From positions 3,844,001 through 3,908,000 of the forward strand of contig CATNEN010000003.1 in the NCBI GenBank assembly GCA_950097015.1: a stretch of 64,000 bases of DNA, in the 5' to 3' direction. This document shows positions 60,381 to 64,000 of the stretch, one piece after another. Source of the stretch: Macrostomum hystrix. Taxonomy: Eukaryota > Animalia > Platyhelminthes. A model generated the notes under the pieces. It was not told where the DNA came from. It ran no database searches and saw only the letters and a list, made by a program, of their open reading frames with translations. Position numbers and translations under genes: made by a program. How positions within the stretch are numbered: position 1 is the first letter of the stretch; the number at the start of each line of letters is the position of its first letter.

Positions 60381-62589
60381 ATGTAACTTCTGGCTCAAAA
60401 ACACAGCAAAAACACTCTCAGCTGCTCATTGATGAAATATAATGCCATTTCTAGTATATAAAATCAGTTTGCCATATGGGCATAAAATAATGTATCCTTT
60501 CCTAATGGACTAACTAATTTACTGCCTTGACTCGATGGCTAGGATTGAGTGAGATGGTCTCAGGAACTGCTCACACAGCATTGTATATGTAAAGTTGGTG
60601 CTGACACCATTTGGATGTGGAGCTGGAGTGTGGGTGTGTGTGTGGGATAAGTTTTATGTTTCCATGCCGCGTGTGTCTCTCTGTGCTCAACCCCCCTTGA
60701 GACCTGCTTTATAGAGAGGCCGTCTCTTCTCTCAACTAGCCGGGGCCAAAGACATTAGATTGGATTAAAAACAAATTCTTTTTCGCCTTTACAGTTGGCC
60801 GTTGTCAAGTCTCAAAACTCGTGGGAATATCCGACCCATTCGCATGCTTTCAAGTATATATTTATTGGGAATAAAAGCGATGGGCACACGCACATATATA
60901 TAGTCTGAGTATAGACTCAAAGTGACTCGGAAAGTGAGAGATTTGAGACCATTGCTGTCAAGTCAAAACTCCCAGTTCTGGATTCATCCCAAATTCCTAA
61001 TTCTGCAAATCTCACTCAAATATATATATCGACAAAACTGGCGAATGAAAGTGTCCCAAAATTTCGCCAATCTTTGACGTGAGTAGGAAAAAAGTAAATA
61101 AAAAAATTGGCAATCAGGAAAGTGAGATAAAAAAGCATCACTCAACATGCTTTTCCTGTGGGAATTACGCTTCGTGATCTGGGGAAAAAATGAGAATTAA
61201 ACTCGTACATAGAATTAGTCCAATCCCATGACCCGCTGAGCTAAATATTTCATGTATTGACTCAATTTAAAATGGCTTTTGTGCGAGGATAAATTTAAGT
61301 GAGATTTTTTTGGTTGGCATTAAAAAAATGGAGGCATCAAGGATTAAGCGGAGTGAGTGGATGGGAAGCAATTGGGGAATTGAGCAGTGATCAAATGAGC
61401 TGAAGACACTGCAGAGAAGGCAGTGCTGCATTATTTAGCGTCATCATGTCTAGCTGCATCTTTCTCATCCAGTCGATGCAGACAGCTTGGACTGGGAATT
61501 TGGCCCCTGTAAATTCTAGGGCGGAGGCGGGTGTGGAGGACAAGTTTAAGATCCTCAAAGATCCCAAGATCTCCTCAGCGTCTGAGCAGCGTTGTCCAGT
61601 TCTATATGGGCCCACAAGCCGCTAAATAATGGATGAAACAGCAGGTGCATACTGGCCAGAGCTTTTCTTCTTCGTTCTTGATCCTTATTCTCTGTCTTAT
61701 TTATCCCAATTTTCCGCTCTTCAGAGCTGGCCGTTAATCCCCCTATACTCTCTGCGCTCTGATCCCGAAACCTGGCTGCAGCTTCAGTTCTTTTTTCAGT
61801 TTGTAAACCGAAGCGGCATCGGAATATACCGGACAAAAATAATCAATGCGTTTTATGCCCCACTTTGTTGGGATTAAAATCCCCCCCGGTAGACACTCGC
61901 TTGACCAAGCCTGATCCTTAACACCGTGTGCTCACGTGTACAATTTCAAAGATTTCAACAATTAGGTCTAGTTATTAGAATTGTGAAGGTGTGTTCTCAC
62001 TCTCACAATGCGCTGCAGACCAACTTTCACTGCGAATCCTTTGGGAACATATGGACATCACAGTGGGGATTCTGTCTCCGTTTGACTCCTTGTATTATAT
62101 GGAAATCTCGCGACAGACTGTAGACAGACAGACTGGCTGGCACAGGTAGATATCCTAATAAATAGTGTTTTTTTTCACTAAATTTGTCCCATCGGGACAA
62201 TTTTTTCCCATCGGTGACACTTCAATTGTTGTAACAAATCATTCTGTAGTATTAGGCTTCACCATTGGCTTGGACCTCTAACTGAGCTGCTGAGCAAACA
62301 CTCGCGCGTGTAGCCAATAATAATTTTCTCTCAGATTTTTTTCTCTGGCCTTTTATTCTTCGCATTTGACACTTGCTATTCTGCTTAGTGGGAACAGATT
62401 GTTCAACTTTATTAGCTGGCTTATTGTTAATTTGGGACAGATTAACATTCTTTATTTAAAGCGAATGTCTGATGAGAATTATTAATTGGGAAGCTAAGAT
62501 ATTGTTCGCTGAATAGCAAGTATTCTGGTATAATTTTTTCATTTCAGATTTTTTCTGAATTCAATTTTGTCTGCCTTACTAATTGCTGC

Positions 62590-64000
62590 TCCCACTGTTC
62601 TCCTCTCACCCCACTTCTCCTCTCTCCCTCTCACCCCACTTCTCCTCTCACCCCACTTCTCCTCTCACCCCACTTCTCCTCTCACCCCACTTCTCCTCTC
62701 TCCCTCTCACCCCACTTCTCCTCTCTCCCTCTCACCCCACTTCTCCTCTCTCCCTCTCACTCCACTTCTCCTCTCTCCCTCTCACTCCACTTCTCCTCTC
62801 ACCCCACTTCTCCTCTCTAATTCTCCTCTGACCCCACTTCTCCTCTCTCCCTCTCACCCCACTTCTCCTCGTCTCTTTCCCTCTCACTCCACCCTTCCTC
62901 CCTCTCAACCCACTTCTCCTCTCTAATTCTCCTCTGACCCCACTTCTCCTCTCTCCCTCTCACTCCACTTCTCCTCTCACCCCACTTCTCCTCTCTCCCT
63001 CTCACTCCACTTCTCCTCTCACCCCACTTCTCCTCTCTCCCTCTCACCCCACTTCTCCTCTCTCCCTCTCACTCCACTTCTCCTCTCTCCCTCTCACCCC
63101 ACTTCTCCTCTCTCCCTCTCACTCCACTTCTCCTCTCTCCCTCTCACCCCACTTCTCCTCTCTCCCTCTCACTCCACTTCTCCTCTCTCCCTCTCACCCC
63201 ACTTCTCCTCTCTCCCTCTCACTCCACTTCTCCTCTCAAATTCTCCTCTGACCCCACTTCTCCTCTCAAATTCTCCTCTGACCCCACTTCTCCTCTCTCC
63301 CTCTCACCCCACTTCTCCTCGTCTCTCTCCCTCTCACCCCACTTCTCCTCTCTCCCTCTCACTCCACTTCTCCTCTCTCCCTCTCACCCCACTTCTCCTC
63401 TCTCCCTCTCACTCCACTTCTCCTCTCTCCCTCTCACCCCACTTCTCCTCTCTCCCTCTCACTCCACTTCTCCTCTCAAATTCTCCTCTGACCCCACTTC
63501 TCCTCTCAAATTCTCCTCTGACCCCACTTCTCCTCTCTCCCTCTCACCCCACTTCTCCTCGTCTCTCTCCCTCTCACCCCACTTCTCCTCTCTCCCTCTC
63601 ACCCCACTTCTCCTCGTCTCTCTCCCTCTCACCCCACTTCTCCTCTCTCTCCCTCTCACCCCACTTCTCGTCTCTCTCCCTCTCACTCCACCCTTCCTCC
63701 CTCTCACCCCACTTCTCCTCTCTCCCTCTCACTCCACTTCTCCTCTGACCCCACTTCTCCTCTGACCCCACTTCTCCTCTCTCCCTCTCACTCCACTTCT
63801 CCTCTCACCCCACTTCTCCTCTCACCCCACTTCTCCTCGTCTCTTTCCCTCTCACTCCACCCTTCCTCCCTCTCAACCCACTTCTCCTCTCTCCCTCTCA
63901 CCCCACTTCTCCTCTCTCAATCCACTTCTCCTCTCTCCCTCTCACCCCACTTCTCCTCTCTCCCTCTCAACCCACTTCTCCTCTCTCCCTCTCACCCCAC
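62590..64000. repeat. Polypyrimidine minisatellite, 25/17-bp units (CCCCACTTCTCCTCTCTCCCTCTCA), running off the window end
   Basis: Directly visible. Confidence 0.97.

Noticed and set aside
61391-62123. Short ORFs in the unique region between arrays
   Set aside because: No recognisable motifs or consistent splice structure.
7367-64000. CRISPR arrays
   Set aside because: All repeats are head-to-tail with no unique spacers, the context is eukaryotic and there are no cas genes.

Overview
Eukaryotic (metazoan) genomic DNA, not prokaryotic. It has GT-AG intron-containing genes, and roughly 55-60% of the window is tandem minisatellite/satellite arrays. The architecture resembles the flatworm Macrostomum, but that is my inference only. 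Genes I can assemble: a MARCH-like RINGv + 2-TM E3 ligase (+, 590-3283, internal exon structure only partly resolved); a 4-exon NRAMP/DMT1 transporter (-, 9214-6209); a secreted fibrinogen-related-domain (FReD) gene (-, 15063-13825) and its broken paralogue (-, 32266-31464), which flank a 15.4-kb 22-bp satellite; an intronless MAGT1/TUSC3 (OST3/6) gene (+, 32984-33964); and a 4-exon mitochondrial ornithine carrier, SLC25A15-like (+, 39754-54412), whose three introns are each filled by a different minisatellite. Mobile DNA: tRNA-derived SINEs, a hAT-like non-autonomous element in three copies, and an internally deleted Crypton-like relic. The most interesting pattern is that probable seeds of several satellites are visible. 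(i) The MITE carries a short repeat that expanded independently in different copies. (ii) The 22-bp monomer occurs degenerately in the 5' leader of both FReD genes. (iii) A 20-bp array starts from a perfect 9-nt microexon-like unit and reiterates acceptor and donor motifs in almost every monomer. All analysis was by eye; no searches were run.
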